Below are positions 39,013-52,352 of a stretch of 64,000 nucleotides of DNA, piece after piece (the stretch's first letter is position 1; each line of letters begins with the position of its first letter). The DNA comes from Eledone cirrhosa. Taxonomy: Eukaryota. Below the pieces are notes generated by a model. It was not told where the DNA came from, ran no database searches, and worked only from the letters and a program-made list of their open reading frames with translations. The position numbers and the translations under genes were made by a program. Where the stretch lies: NCBI GenBank assembly GCA_964016885.1, contig OZ024743.1:345402001-345466000 (forward strand), written 5' to 3'.

Positions 39013-39171
39013 TTTCTGTATTAAAACATTTATACTCTGCTATTTATTGAGTACCTTACTTTCTGTGGTTACCCCGATTGAACACGGTATGACTTATATA
39101 TATATATATTAAAGAGTTGACGGACCCAGCATATTTATCAATGCCAGGACCGGTTGTATCTCAGCGTACTC

Positions 39172-39257
<86 letters not shown>

Positions 39258-39260
<3 letters not shown>

Positions 39261-39914
39261 ATTGCAAGCATCAGTTAGTATCAGCAATAGAAAAACTATG
39301 GAAATAGATTCGGCTTCGTTTCTTTCCTTTCTGTTATATATATATATATATAAAAGGAATTAGTATATCTACCAACATATATATACAGATGCATACCTAT
39401 GCTAGCAAATATATAGGTTTTGTCTTAGTAACTTTGTGGTTCAATGCAAGGGGATGCAGAACAATTATATGAAAGAGTTAAAATAAGAAAATTATAAAAA
39501 TGAACTTACTAAAATTTCACTACAACTAATTAGTTTCTGAAAGGGAATAAACATGGTTTCCAAATGGAAAGCATGGAGAAGCCATTTCGTCATCAGGAAG
39601 TCGTTCTCAGCTAAGATCCTAGGCGATGCGTGGACACAGGGAACTTATACAAAAATAATTCACTGGATGGAAAAAAGCAAGCGTGGACTAAATTCCAAGA
39701 CATTGAACAAATCACTGAATTATTTTTGTATAAGTTTTCTGTGTCCACGCATCGCCTGGGATCTTAGCTGCGAACGACTTCCTGATGACGAAATGGCTTC
39801 TTCATGCTTTCCATTCGGAAACCATGTTTATTCCCTTTCAGAAACTAATTAGTTGGAGTGAAATTTTAGTAAGTTAATTTTTATAATTTTCTTATTTTAC
39901 GTCTTTCAAATATA

Positions 39915-39960
<46 letters not shown>

Positions 39961-40107
39961 AGGTGAGTTTTATTGTAGTACAAAACTCTTTTAACCATCT
40001 TTTGATCTTATATACGTATATATATATAACAGAAAGGAAAAGAACGAAGCCGAATCTGTTTCCATAGTTCTTTCCATTGCTGATACTAACTGATGCTTGT
40101 AATTACT
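39258..40107. repeat. Outer ~80 bp inverted repeat (39258-39340 / 40024-40107)
   Basis: gtaattgcaagcatcagttagtatcagcaat...ctttctgtta versus taacagaaagg...attgctgatactaactgatgcttgtaattac. Confidence 0.85.
39479..39899. mobile_element. Fold-back element, ~184 bp arms, ~53 bp spacer, with hammerhead-like core
   Basis: Arms 39479-39662 and 39716-39899; CTGATGA-cgaaatgg...ccattcg-GAAA-ccatg at 39782-39826. No clear stem I. Confidence 0.85.
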
Positions 40108-40755
40108 GTTAAAGAATTGATAGAGGAACAATCTCACCGCGAGAAAGTCAGTAGTGATGTGTTTCTTAAATACCTTTTTTCGTTTCCGGTTTAGCGCTCC
40201 CTCAAGTTTAGTTTGCTAAACCTTATCGATTCTACTATAATCGTTCTTTTAAGAGCAAACCGTCATTCGATATTAAATATTGCTTCTGTTAACGTCCCCT
40301 TAACTAACACATATATTCTCTGTAAAATTTGCACACGTTTTACTCAGTAACTGTTTAATCAAATGGCTTCTAATATGGCTGGCTGGTAAAATATATAGTC
40401 GGCTGGCCCGCTGTTTGCTTGACTGGCTAGAAGACTGATTGGTTGGTTAGCTGTCTGGCTGGGAATTTTTTGGTGGATTACTGTCCAGTGATCTACTTGA
40501 CTGGCTGGCTGGCTGGCGTGTTAACAAATTCACCTGTTGTCCGGCTGTCCAACTTTTATTCGGTATGATCGGTCTGCTGTTCACATATACATTACATGGG
40601 GGATTTGTTCTGGATGAACACCGTTTCCCTTGTCGGTGCTACTGAGCTGCGTTCTCACTCAGAAAATATTGTGCTTGTAAGGTGCTTGAGAAGACATAAC
40701 AAACAATATAAAATCCAGTAGCCATCATATTTATATGGCTAACAATTTACTACTA

Positions 40756-41029
40756 ATAATTGTTTCTATTTTTGGCACAAGGCTAGCAATTATCCCAGTG
40801 CTTTACTGGTACTTTATTTTATCGACCTCGTAAGGATGAAAGGCAAAGTTAACCTATTAACTACTAATAATTGTTTCTACATTTGGCACAAGGCCAGCAA
40901 TTACCCAGTACATTACTGGTACTTTATTTTATCGACCCTGTAAAGGGACGTAACTATGCCTGGAAAACATGGCGTCCGACTCTCTACCGATAATGCCAAT
41001 CCACCGCCCATATTATTTATTACTAATGA
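40756..41029 (-). mobile_element. Two tandem partial SINEs
   Basis: Family match; repeated flank actactaataattgtttcta. Confidence 0.85.
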
Positions 41030-41254
41030 TTATTTCGTATTTTTTTCTTTGGAACATATATATGTTTAGTAGTGTCAGTTGATTAAATCTCCAACTGCGA
41101 TAAATGAAAGTGTCATTACTATATTAACAAGAAGTATCGTAGATTGGTGCATTTTGGCTTTTGATGATTATCTTCAATTCTGTATTCCTGCCAACCCTTG
41201 CCTATGGTCATGAATCTTGGGTAATGACCGAAAGAATCCGATAGCGAATTAAGA

Positions 41255-41576
41255 CATCACAGCTCTGATACTTTGGGCATGTGGTTAGAATGTGTCAGGA
41301 AAAAATCGGTGGAAAGATTTTACGGGCAAAACCAATCGGCAGGAGACTCTTGGGTGGACCCCAAGCGACATAGTTGGATAACATCCATGAGCTAGTTTGG
41401 TCACTCTTGGAGTTCCAGCCGGATCAGCTGAGGATGGTTGCTTCTGATAGGAACCGCTGAAAGTAATGTTTGAGGACTCTTCCCCTATAAACCTCTCGGA
41501 ATTAATAGAAGAAGAAGAAGAAGAAGAAGAAGAAGAAGAAGAAGAAGAAGAAGAAGAAGAAGAAGAAGAAGAAGAA
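41255..41576 (+). mobile_element. RTE (Expander/Rex3-like) 3' end with (GAA)n tail
   Basis: [49 protein letters not shown], then (GAA)n at 41508-41576. Confidence 0.75.
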
Positions 41577-42131
41577 ACCGACAACAACAACAAAACTGAC
41601 GTATTCAACTGGTATCCTCCTAAATTGATGATCTTTTGCCAAAAGTATAAGTCAATTTATATCGACCACAGAAGAATAGATGTCATATATGAGGTCACCG
41701 GAATTTGAACTCTGAATATAAGGGAGATAAAACAAAAATATATATATACAATACGTGATAGTAAAAACGATTAAGAGGTTTGATCCCCACCATACACAGG
41801 AGTCTTTTTTCAAACACACATACTACATATAAGTAGTTCTATAAGAATTCATTGGCTGAATAAAGAGTGTCAAAAAGCGGCCTTCTTAATATAAATGACC
41901 CATATGGATATTTGTATAAACTTATATAGAAAATAAGGAAGCATCTGGCATAGCATTGGTACGGATTGCTATAAAAGTATTCTTAAGTGTATAAATAATG
42001 CTCACAGGCAGACCCTACTATGTTTACGTTAATGAGACTGTGTGTACTTGCGTATATTCAACAGTGTGTTTGGTGGTGTATATATACGTCGCTCTCTCCA
42101 CCCCCCCTCTCCCTCTCCCCTTCTCTCTCTC

Positions 42132-42324
<193 letters not shown>

Positions 42325-42347
42325 ATATATATATGTATATATATGTG

Positions 42348-42430
42348 TATACCAAACAAAAGGTAAGGAGAGAGCCCATAAAGAAGTTAAATAGTGAGAA
42401 AAACGAATTCGTGTGGGTAGAGAATGATAT
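42348..42430. repeat. Short repeat with an inverted copy at 44587-44668
   Basis: ataccaaacaaaaggtaagg..agcccata..aagttaaatagtgagaaaaa..gtagagaatgata. Confidence 0.75.
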
Positions 42431-42521
42431 ATATATACACACGAACAGGCACATACACACACACACACACACACGCACGCATACGCACACACACACACGC
42501 ACGGGCAAAACCAATCGGCAG

Positions 42522-42602
<81 letters not shown>

Positions 42603-43066
42603 TATATACATATACATGCATACATACATTCATATATACATATGTATATATATACATAAAAAAGACCGTGTGTTATTAGAAGAGAGACACTAAATGTCTA
42701 ATACTCTGCACTTACACAGACACGTGTATATATACTGAAACGAGTACGATGCAGGAGAGTGTTTATGTAAGTTTCTCTGATCATTTCTGATCATTAATAA
42801 GGTAGTTATCTAAAGAAACAGGCAGAACTACCTCTCTCATAATCTATCGTTCTCGTTGGCTTTTCTTTGGTGTGAATTTTCATCTATCATCTATAATATG
42901 TATTTGAAAACTTCTATAATTATATCGATACGAATAAATGTATATCTTAGTTATGTTTTGCGTTTCTACGATCACAGCAAAGCTCTGTATATTTATATAT
43001 ATGCAAGTATATATATATACATATATATATATGCTAGTATATATATATACATATATATATATGCAA

Positions 43067-43144
<78 letters not shown>

Positions 43145-43170
43145 GTGTGTATATATATATATATATATAT

Positions 43171-43316
43171 ACGATATTAAACAAATGGAAACTATATGTA
43201 TAAAACCATATCTATTTCATTATACATATTTCGGGGATACCATATTAAAAATATGGCATGCCTTCGTCAGATAAAATACAATATATAAACTGTTTTATAA
43301 ATAATTTTGACGTACC
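43171..43316 (-). mobile_element. Family C short element with hammerhead-like core
   Basis: Reverse-complement homolog of 48494-48638; abuts (TA)n. Confidence 0.7.
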
Positions 43317-43542
43317 ATAAATATGAGCGACCATTATGTAGGAAGCTGGTTTGGTAGTATATCTACTCCAAAAACTTGTCGAGTGCTTTATATCAGTTAT
43401 AAAATATTTACTTGTAACCCAACAATTTTAAATAAAACTTTTGCATATATATATGTATATACATATATATATATATATGTATATATAAAGTATAACAATA
43501 TATAAATCTGCGTATATATATATATATATATATATAAGTATA

Positions 43543-43665
43543 TAACAAAGAGGGTGTGGTGGGTGAGATACCAGGTGGACCATAACGCACCAGAGTACTC
43601 AATACTTAGGGTAGTAGAGTAAGTAATAGAAAAAGAGTCAGCCGTTAGGGGTCCTGACTCTTTTG
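43543..43665 (-). mobile_element. Family B tail with terminal hairpin
   Basis: ccaggtggaccataacgcaccagagtactcaatactt..aaaagagtcag..ctgactctttt, between (TA)n tracts. Confidence 0.75.
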
Positions 43666-43717
<52 letters not shown>

Positions 43718-44095
43718 GTAATCTGAGTTTTACGAATATTAATAATATTCGTTTCGTTTGCAATTATGCAAGCAGCCTCTTGCTGAAGAATCGTGCTAGG
43801 ATAATGTATAAGACTTGTTTACATGCTGCTGTAAACTGCATACTGTTCAATACTTCTTCCTTAATTCACCGAGATTAGTCGTTAGTACCACATGGTGAAA
43901 TTGCTGGGCAGTGGTTTCACCATGTAGCTTAGCGGCTACTGCCGAGATATACGCTGATCGCTTATCCGTAGCCATTGTTGACTCTTTTTCCAGCTGCAAG
44001 GGTATTTTGCCCGAATTTTAATGCTTCTATTGATGGCGACCAGCTGTTGTTACACATATCACGTTCGGGATTGCAGCATTTTAAATGCACCTCCC

Positions 44096-44129
<34 letters not shown>

Positions 44130-44133
<4 letters not shown>

Positions 44134-44230
44134 AGAGTCAGCACTCTGACGGCTGATCTCCGGCCGTTTCGACAGCTATAGCCGAACGCGTTATGGTCCA
44201 CCTGGTTCCTTACCACACTTTCTTCGTTCG

Positions 44231-44233
<3 letters not shown>
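44130..44233. mobile_element. Family B element with inverted 5' part and internal deletion
   Basis: The left part is the reverse complement of gtcGAAAcggccggagatcagccgTC. The right part is the tail gcgttatggtccacctggttccttaccacac. (TA)n lies on both sides. Confidence 0.75.
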
Positions 44234-44278
<45 letters not shown>

Positions 44279-44488
44279 GAGCATGCATGGAATGGCACCA
44301 GTCCATCTCACTCAGAACTTCACCACACATTGAATTGGCCGTCACTGCATAGTGCAAGAGATCCCATCTTCCACATCTAGAGAAAGGACAACGTACTGCA
44401 ATAGCTGGGGGCCGGCCCAAAGTGCCACAGCTCTTAAAATACTGAGTTGAATGAAGATATGCTCACGAATATTCTTGAACTTACGTTT

Positions 44489-44589
<101 letters not shown>

Positions 44590-44719
44590 CATTCTCTAAC
44601 CACACCAAATCTTTTTTCTCACTATTTAACTTATATATGGGCTCTCTGCTTACCTTTTGTTTGGTATCGTAATGTTAATGGCTTAACTAAAGCATTGAGA
44701 GGGAAATCGATCGAATATA

Positions 44720-45295
44720 TATGAGTCCTATCCGATGATATTGACGACTATTTTTCATCTATTTCACCTGTTCTTCGCGACAATGTTCTTGCGCTTGTTA
44801 TGCGTAACTCCGACTTAACTAAGGATGAAGTTGACATAGTTGTACCTGCTAGACGTTCTCTCGTAATGTTTGATAACGAATAATGGATGCGTAGGGATAT
44901 AATTTCATATAACCATAGAGTCTAGTGACTCGGTCAAGTTTACGTACTTAGTTGAATTACCTAACACAACATCTCCATATTGAATTTGCTGAACTTCAAA
45001 GGGGATTATATAGTAACAATCTTCTTTTATTAGTTAAGAATATCAGTGGTCAACAGTTAGAACAAAGAAGGAAATCTATAAGATCCTTCTTTAATCGTAG
45101 GGGCATGAAAATAACATTCAAACATAATTATGTAATAGCTAATTTCTTAGATGTTACCCTCGACCTCATCTCTCGTCCAGAGAAGCCCTACCAGATATCC
45201 TAATCACCCTAGATCCATAAAAAAATGCAAATATCAAAAGTATATCTCACAGGATTTCCAGAGTTTCAACCCTCAGAAGTACTTTTAATTAAACA
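44720..45295 (+). pseudogene. Decayed Penelope-like reverse transcriptase (GLYRDD-type lineage)
   Basis: DIDDYFSSI, ARRSLVMFDNE*W, GLYSNNLL..SGQQLEQRRKSI..GMKIT..IANFLDVTLDL..KPY, PNHP. Confidence 0.65.
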
Positions 45296-45318
45296 AATTT
45301 CTCCCCACTAATGTATAC

Positions 45319-45355
<37 letters not shown>

Positions 45356-45366
45356 TGGGGGGGGGG

Positions 45367-46003
45367 TCTTGCTTTTTTCTTATTCATATTCTATTTTTAA
45401 GCCTACCTTAACTAGCAACTACAGAACCACCCTATTCTCCATATATTTTATCATGTTTTGCTGTGACCTCTCTTCTCTCCCCCTCTACTAACCTATTTCG
45501 TTACTATCTACTCTCCCCCTCTTTATTATTCTCACTCTCACTTTCACTCATCCTCTCTCTGCTAGCCACCTCATTGTTTCCCTCTCCTGACGACCCTCTA
45601 GCAGTTCTTTTCTCACTTACACTCGCTGGGATCAAACGCGTCTTTTCGTTCGTCCACACGCTCTCGAACTTATGTTCAGCTACTGATGTGGTCTTCGATT
45701 TTCTTTCTTCGAATTGCTCGCACATTCTGCGGTTGTTGTTTTTTTTCGCTGTTTTTCTCTTTTCTTCTATTTTTTCCTTTTTCCCTTCTATTTTCTTCCC
45801 ATCACTCCCCCGTTTTCCCAATAACTTACCTAGTTATTGAACGCTTTGGGGGTAGATATATTGTCTTTAAAGCGTTGAAATATCTGAGACCCCCAGTAGA
45901 CAATTGATGAGGAAAACTCCTCACCCCCATTCTTGCTTTCTTCTTATTCTTATTCCTATTTTTAAGACTACCTTAACTAGCAACTACACAGCCACCCTAT
46001 TAT

Positions 46004-46010
<7 letters not shown>
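45367..46010 (+). mobile_element. Non-coding element with ~80 bp direct repeats (pseudo-LTR-like)
   Basis: 45367-45445 and 45931-46010 share tcttgcttt..ctaccttaactagcaactaca..ccaccctatt. Internal hairpin aacgcttt...aaagcgtt-gaaa. Confidence 0.55.
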
Positions 46011-46053
<43 letters not shown>

Positions 46054-46104
46054 AGAATAGGGAGATTATATATATATGGAGAATAGTGAGAATATATATA
46101 TCTA

Positions 46105-46214
<110 letters not shown>

Positions 46215-46709
46215 GAGAGAGAGAGAGTAAGCTTAAAGGATGACACAGTCAACCTGAAATCGGAGATCATCATGGCATGTAGACACCAGCGAAGGTGCAC
46301 ACTCTCCGCATGGGTACCCCCGGATGGCCCCAACTAAAGCGATACGGGGAAGCCGACGTCAGTCTGGGTGGCGGCGCGGGTCCATGGGACCCGACACCAT
46401 GGCTTGATGACTATGTATGCCCTGGGGGTAGCTCGAGACAGTCAATGCTGCCCATTTGACTCTGCACCTCATCTTACACCGCCGTCGCCGTAACCGGGAC
46501 ACGGCGGCTCAATTTCCATGAATATAATCAATCCCGTATCATACACTAATGCACTCTATTTCACCCACAGTAACATACTCCATTATAAGCTGTTCTTCCG
46601 CACTCCCTACATATGTATTTTTTAAGTAGTGTGTGTACATTCCTTTACGTATTCCACTATGTCACACGTCATGTATTTTTCATTTGTATTTTCCATGAAT
46701 TTTCCATGT

Positions 46710-46895
46710 GTATTTTTATATATTTTTTATATATTTTATATATTTTTTAAATATATTTTTATATATTTTATATATTTTTTTTATATATTTTTATATATTT
46801 TTTATATATGTTTTTATATATGTTTTTATATATTTTATATATTTTTATATTTTTTATATATTTTTTAAATATATTTTTATATATTTTTTATATAT
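46710..46895. repeat. AT-only minisatellite (tatatattttt)n
   Basis: Visible tandem units. Confidence 0.85.
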
Positions 46896-47269
46896 GTTTT
46901 GGGTATACCCTTTACATTATACCTATGAGCTTCCCATATGTAATTTAGTTTAACTCAGTCAACATGTGCATCAACGTGTGTCTGCATATACGTATATACC
47001 GTTATGTGAGATACTGCATGCATTCTTCGACGTATCCCCATATGTACTTTTTTTCTATTTTTCACGTATTTCCTCACATAATGTTCCGTTGTGCATTAAA
47101 TGATATACAGCATCATATGTATGCTTATATGCACTTTCCAAATATTTTTGTACAGTATATGTTCATATATGTGCATACGTGTGTGTGTGTGTGTCTAGGT
47201 CTGAGTGCATATATGGGTGTGTGTGTGTGTATATATGTATATGTGTGTGTATGTATAAATACACACGCG

Positions 47270-47309
<40 letters not shown>

Positions 47310-47380
47310 CACACGCACGCACACACACATACATATATATGTATTTATATACACATATATATATGTATATATGTGTATAT

Positions 47381-47462
<82 letters not shown>

Positions 47463-47563
47463 TGTATGCGTGTGTGTAAGAGTAGGCTTGACGGAATGCA
47501 TATGTAATCGCGTGTGTATATGTATGTACACATGTGTGTAAAAATATGTGTGGGTATATATGA

Positions 47564-47636
<73 letters not shown>

Positions 47637-47638
<2 letters not shown>

Positions 47639-47731
47639 ACGAAGGAAAAGTGGTAAGGAACCAGGTGTACCATAACGCACCAAAGTACTCAATACTTGAG
47701 GTAGTAGAGTGGGTAATAGGAACCTTACTGG

Positions 47732-47735
<4 letters not shown>
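47637..47735 (-). mobile_element. Family B tail with mini hairpin
   Basis: aacgaaggaaaagtggtaaggaaccaggtg..gggtaataggaacc ttact ggttc, between (TA)n tracts. Confidence 0.8.
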
Positions 47736-47765
<30 letters not shown>

Positions 47766-47874
47766 GGTCACTTAAATGTACGTTTGGGCGTGTGCTTGCG
47801 TATGAATGTACCTATATATGAGAGGTGAATATATATATATATGTATGTACATGTACGAACGCAAACACGCAAGC

Positions 47875-47952
<78 letters not shown>

Positions 47953-48493
47953 GGTCCAAACAAATAAATGTACGATTATTGGCTCGGAATGCCTGTATAT
48001 AGGTGTGAGCACATGTGCGTGTGGGTGTATATGCATGGGGAGGCAGGCAAGCGAGGGAAAGGCATGGGAATTCATAACAACTATCCTACACATAGCAGTA
48101 ATTTTGGCGACGGGATTGGGGTGAGTTACAGCTCACGCCTGAATGGAAATGGTCAGTGGGCAGATTTCAATGGTGAAGCACTAAGATGACGTTAAGAACT
48201 AGCAACCAAATCAAAGTGCCGCGCAAACAGGATGATGGCAGATGAAAAAAATTCGAATTGTCGGAGTCGAGCAGAAAGAGAATTTGCTTCGATATCACTA
48301 GACGTATCTGAGGAACTTGCGAATCCAGAGTCAGGTTCGATCCACAAACAGATCACACCTCGAGCTGCTCGCCTGAAAAACACTATTGTAATACATAATA
48401 AATTGTGTTCTGATGCATCACTGATTCTTCGTTTTCCATATACATATATATATATATCCGGGAGCTTCCAACAGTAATGGTTGCATTCTTTAA

Positions 48494-48636
48494 GGGTATG
48501 TCAATATTTATTTATAAAACTGCTCTATATTATATTTTATCTGATGAAAGCACACCATAATTTAACTTGGTGTCCTTGAAATATGTATAATGAAATAAAT
48601 ATGGTTTTATAAATATAGTTTCCATTTGTCAATATC

Positions 48637-48638
<2 letters not shown>
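48494..48638 (+). mobile_element. Family C short element with hammerhead-like core
   Basis: CTGATGA (48541)-aagcacacca...tggtgtcctt-GAAA-tatg-TA; ends caatatcg then (TA)n. Confidence 0.7.
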
Positions 48639-48675
<37 letters not shown>

Positions 48676-48676
48676 T

Positions 48677-48852
48677 TTATCCCTTGTTCAATCGGGGGTA
48701 ACCACAGTAAGTAAGGTACTCAATACGTAGCAGAGTATACATATTTAATATAGAAATGGCTTCTACAAGAGTAGAACTGTTTCATTCAGGAAAAATCATC
48801 AAGACGTTTCCTCTCGAATGAAATAGTTCTAGTCCTGTAGAAGCCCTTTCTA

Positions 48853-48855
<3 letters not shown>
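48677..48855. mobile_element. Fold-back hammerhead element, family A
   Basis: Tail gttcaatcgggggtaaccacagtaagtaaggtactcaatacg plus inverted arms gcttctac..gaactgtttcattc / gaatgaaatagttctagtcctgtagaagc. Confidence 0.82.
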
Positions 48856-48935
<80 letters not shown>

Positions 48936-50246
48936 TCCCTATATTTTCGGTCATCGCTCCAGATACAGAGTTTTTAAAGTTGTAGACTTATTTATTTAAG
49001 GTTTGTGGATTTCTCAATCGTATATGCATCAATTGCTAACAGAATCCACTAAAGTATATTCTGCTGAAATGCGTCGTTCTCTGAAGGATATGAAACTATA
49101 AGAAGATTCAGATTGACCAATGGAAGGTACCTGGATATTTCTGGATTCAGACCATACAATACCATGATTCCGAAAGAAGAAGGTCACAGAAATAGACTAA
49201 GTTAGGAAGGAGTAAAGGAGAAAACGCTGTATGGTCTTAGTTCTTTGGAGTAAACATAGATAGTGTGTTGCTTGAGAAGTGTTTGTGGTTGAATAGAAGA
49301 ACAAATAGAAGGTGCTTGAAAGTAGAAGAAAATGTGGGAAGGATGAATAACGGTGAGAAGTAGCAAGTTGTGGAGAGGGAGCGATGATATTTGTAAGAAA
49401 AGAGAACGCTTCAAGCCACGTACTGACATATAATGTAAGGGAATTTGGGATGTTTCATTTAACCATTTCGTCAAATATCACTTCCCTCACTTTGCCAGCA
49501 ACCACCCGACCCTATATTGTGCAGGTAAAGGAATGTGCTAAAAACGGTGGAGCTTGCTCTCTTCTGTGATGCATTGGAGCGGAAAGCCTGAATCACTGGT
49601 GTTGTACTCGAAGGGGCCGAATCAACTACAGAGTCACTTCCCTGCCGGATGAAACATCCACTACTACATTTGCAGAAAAACTACAGCAGCAACCTCAGAA
49701 TAGTAGTGTTTTTACCAAGTATATCAGAAAATCAAAGGTTTTTTTTCTTCTTTCATTTATTATGCAGAACGGATCCCTGAAGTATTCAGAAATATCAATC
49801 TCCCCATAACATTCTGGTCTTTATTTCTATCAGGCGTTGTAATTAGGACTATATTATATGTGTATTTCAATTTTTTAGGTGGGGTAGGGTGAGATGTCTG
49901 AGGTATTTGGCTGCCATAATACCAAGTTGAGCGATTAAAAAGTGGACATTCGTCATTACACGAGGTATGGTATGGTGTATGAAATGGGCTAGAGTGCACA
50001 ATGTGATGTTGGATATATAAAGTTGTCATGAAGATTAGACGTATATAAAATATTGGCGAACGTTGATAAGTCATACGAAGGTGCAACTGTGAGTTCTATA
50101 ATAGTTGTTGTGTGGTGACAAAGTCTTTATAATATTCATTAATTATTACTCAACGTGGCGAATATAAAAGACGAAAAAACAAATAAAAAACTGAATCACG
50201 ACTTACAAGCAATAAAGGCTATGATCATACATCATAAGTTTGTATG

Positions 50247-50302
<56 letters not shown>

Positions 50303-50599
50303 TATAAAATATATATATGTAATATATATATATATATATATATACATATATATAAAATATATATATGTAATATAATTATTTCTAGCTGACGCTACAAAAA
50401 TATAGAAAATTCACGTACACTCGCACACAAACGATCACATATCGACACGTTTTCTGTACTTCTGTAGATTGTCAGCTAATAAAAAAAATATATCGCTCTT
50501 GTGCATGTTTAAGGGATATATACGTGTACATATTAATGCACATATGTATGTTTGTTTATGTATGTATATATAATACACACACACACACACACACACACA

Positions 50600-50726
<127 letters not shown>

Positions 50727-51266
50727 TTTGATTTGGCGGTGTGTTAAACTTTCTTTTTCTCTTTTTTAAAAAAGATTGCCAATTAATATTCTGTTTGATC
50801 AAAAGAATCTATCGCAAAGAAACTTCCATCATAATTCACATGCCAAATCTTACCTGAATTATGGTTTGTAATCTGAAACAACATGGCCGTACTTTTGATC
50901 AGGTGCCTAGCCCAAACCTTCCATATATAATCCCCAACACACAGTATCAAGATATATTTTATACTACCCACATACCCACCGCAACCTTTGCATGTCACGG
51001 ACAACGTTACTATAGTCTCGTTTTAGTTCTCACTCTCAATTTTGTTATGAGTGTATTTATGTGTCATATTCATGTACATGTATGTGCTTTTGTGTGTGTA
51101 TGTACATACACACATATGCACACAAAGATATATACACAGACAGAGATAAACATACACACACAAACACACACACACTCTCTCTCTCTCTCTCTCTCTTACA
51201 CGCTCATATATATAGATGCGCGTGTTTTTTGTGTGTTTCTGTACGTATACAAAGAAACAGACACCC

Positions 51267-51396
<130 letters not shown>

Positions 51397-51750
51397 GGGG
51401 AGGGGAAAAGAGAGAAGGGGAAGCGAGAGAGGGAGTGAGAGAAGAAATACTGGAAAGCGGAGACAGAAGGGGGGAGCAAGAGAGTGAGAGATAGAATGAG
51501 AGGAAAAGTGGAGACAGAGAATCTTTTGCAGAAGACGTTTGACTCATTCCATTCGTAATAAAGATATCTACATAAACTGGGCCGTTCTGGGCAGTGGAAT
51601 ATTGGCGTAGAGCAGAAACAGGGTTCAATCGACGCGTCTTTCGCTTAATATGAACGCATGCATTCTTTCTGATTTCATCTGTATGTAGCCAATACGAGGT
51701 GTTTATTCACATCTTGAGTGTCTGCCTAGTATTATTATTCATCGTTAGAG

Positions 51751-52352
51751 GGTGGTGGATTGGTAGTATCGTTAGAGAGTCGGACACCATGCTTTGCAGC
51801 ATTGAGTTACGGTCCTTCATCGTCTGAGTTCAAATCCCGCCGAGGTTAACTTTGCTTTTCATCCAGACGACGTCGATAAAATAAAGTACCGGTCACGCAC
51901 TGGGGTCGATTTAATCGATTTTCCCCTCCCAAAAATTGCTGGCCTTGTGCCTATATAAGAAATCATTATTATTCATCGTTAGGACAGGGAATTGTTTGGA
52001 TTGTCAGTATCGGTAGAGGGTCGGACGCCATGTTTTGCAGCAAAGAGTTACGGCCCTTTATGGTCTGAGTTCAAATCCCGCCGAGGTTAACTTTGCCTTT
52101 CATCCTTACGGGGTCGATAATATAAAGTACCAGTAATACACTGATATAATTGCTGGCATGGTGCCAAAGTAGACACAATTATTATTCATCATACCCAGGG
52201 AATTGAAGATTAGAACTGCTTTAATATGCGAAACCCCATAAAAGAGTTGTAGATCTTGGCACTGGTTTCTAATGATATAATTGTTTCTACTTTTGGCACA
52301 AACTCTATGCGTCAAAGCATGGCGCCGACCCTCTACCAATACTGCCAATCCA
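51751..52352. mobile_element. SINE cluster: long form 51751-51970 (+), short form 51998-52185 (+), partial 52279-52352 (-)
   Basis: Family match; duplication attattattcatcgttag flanks the first copy. Confidence 0.88.

Larger units (their letters stand above)
38904..39095. mobile_element. Family A fold-back element: back-to-back hammerheads plus tail
   Basis: 112 bp spacerless palindrome at 38904-39015, then tail ..tattgagtaccttactttctgtggttaccccgattgaacacgg.. and (TA)n. Confidence 0.92.

Noticed and set aside
38904-39095. Endogenised viroid, obelisk or deltavirus-like agent
   Set aside because: The two ribozymes are exact inverted duplicates with fold points that vary between copies, not distinct plus and minus ribozymes in a rod-like genome. 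There is no ORF and no tandem multimer. A Penelope-type inversion is simpler.
41466-41708. Poly-Glu ORF
   Set aside because: It is the (GAA)n tail of an RTE 3' end.
49380-49730. Possible host exon or LINE ORF1 knuckle (RPYIVQVKEC..)
   Set aside because: It contains stops, has no complete CCHC motif and no clear splice context; too weak to call.
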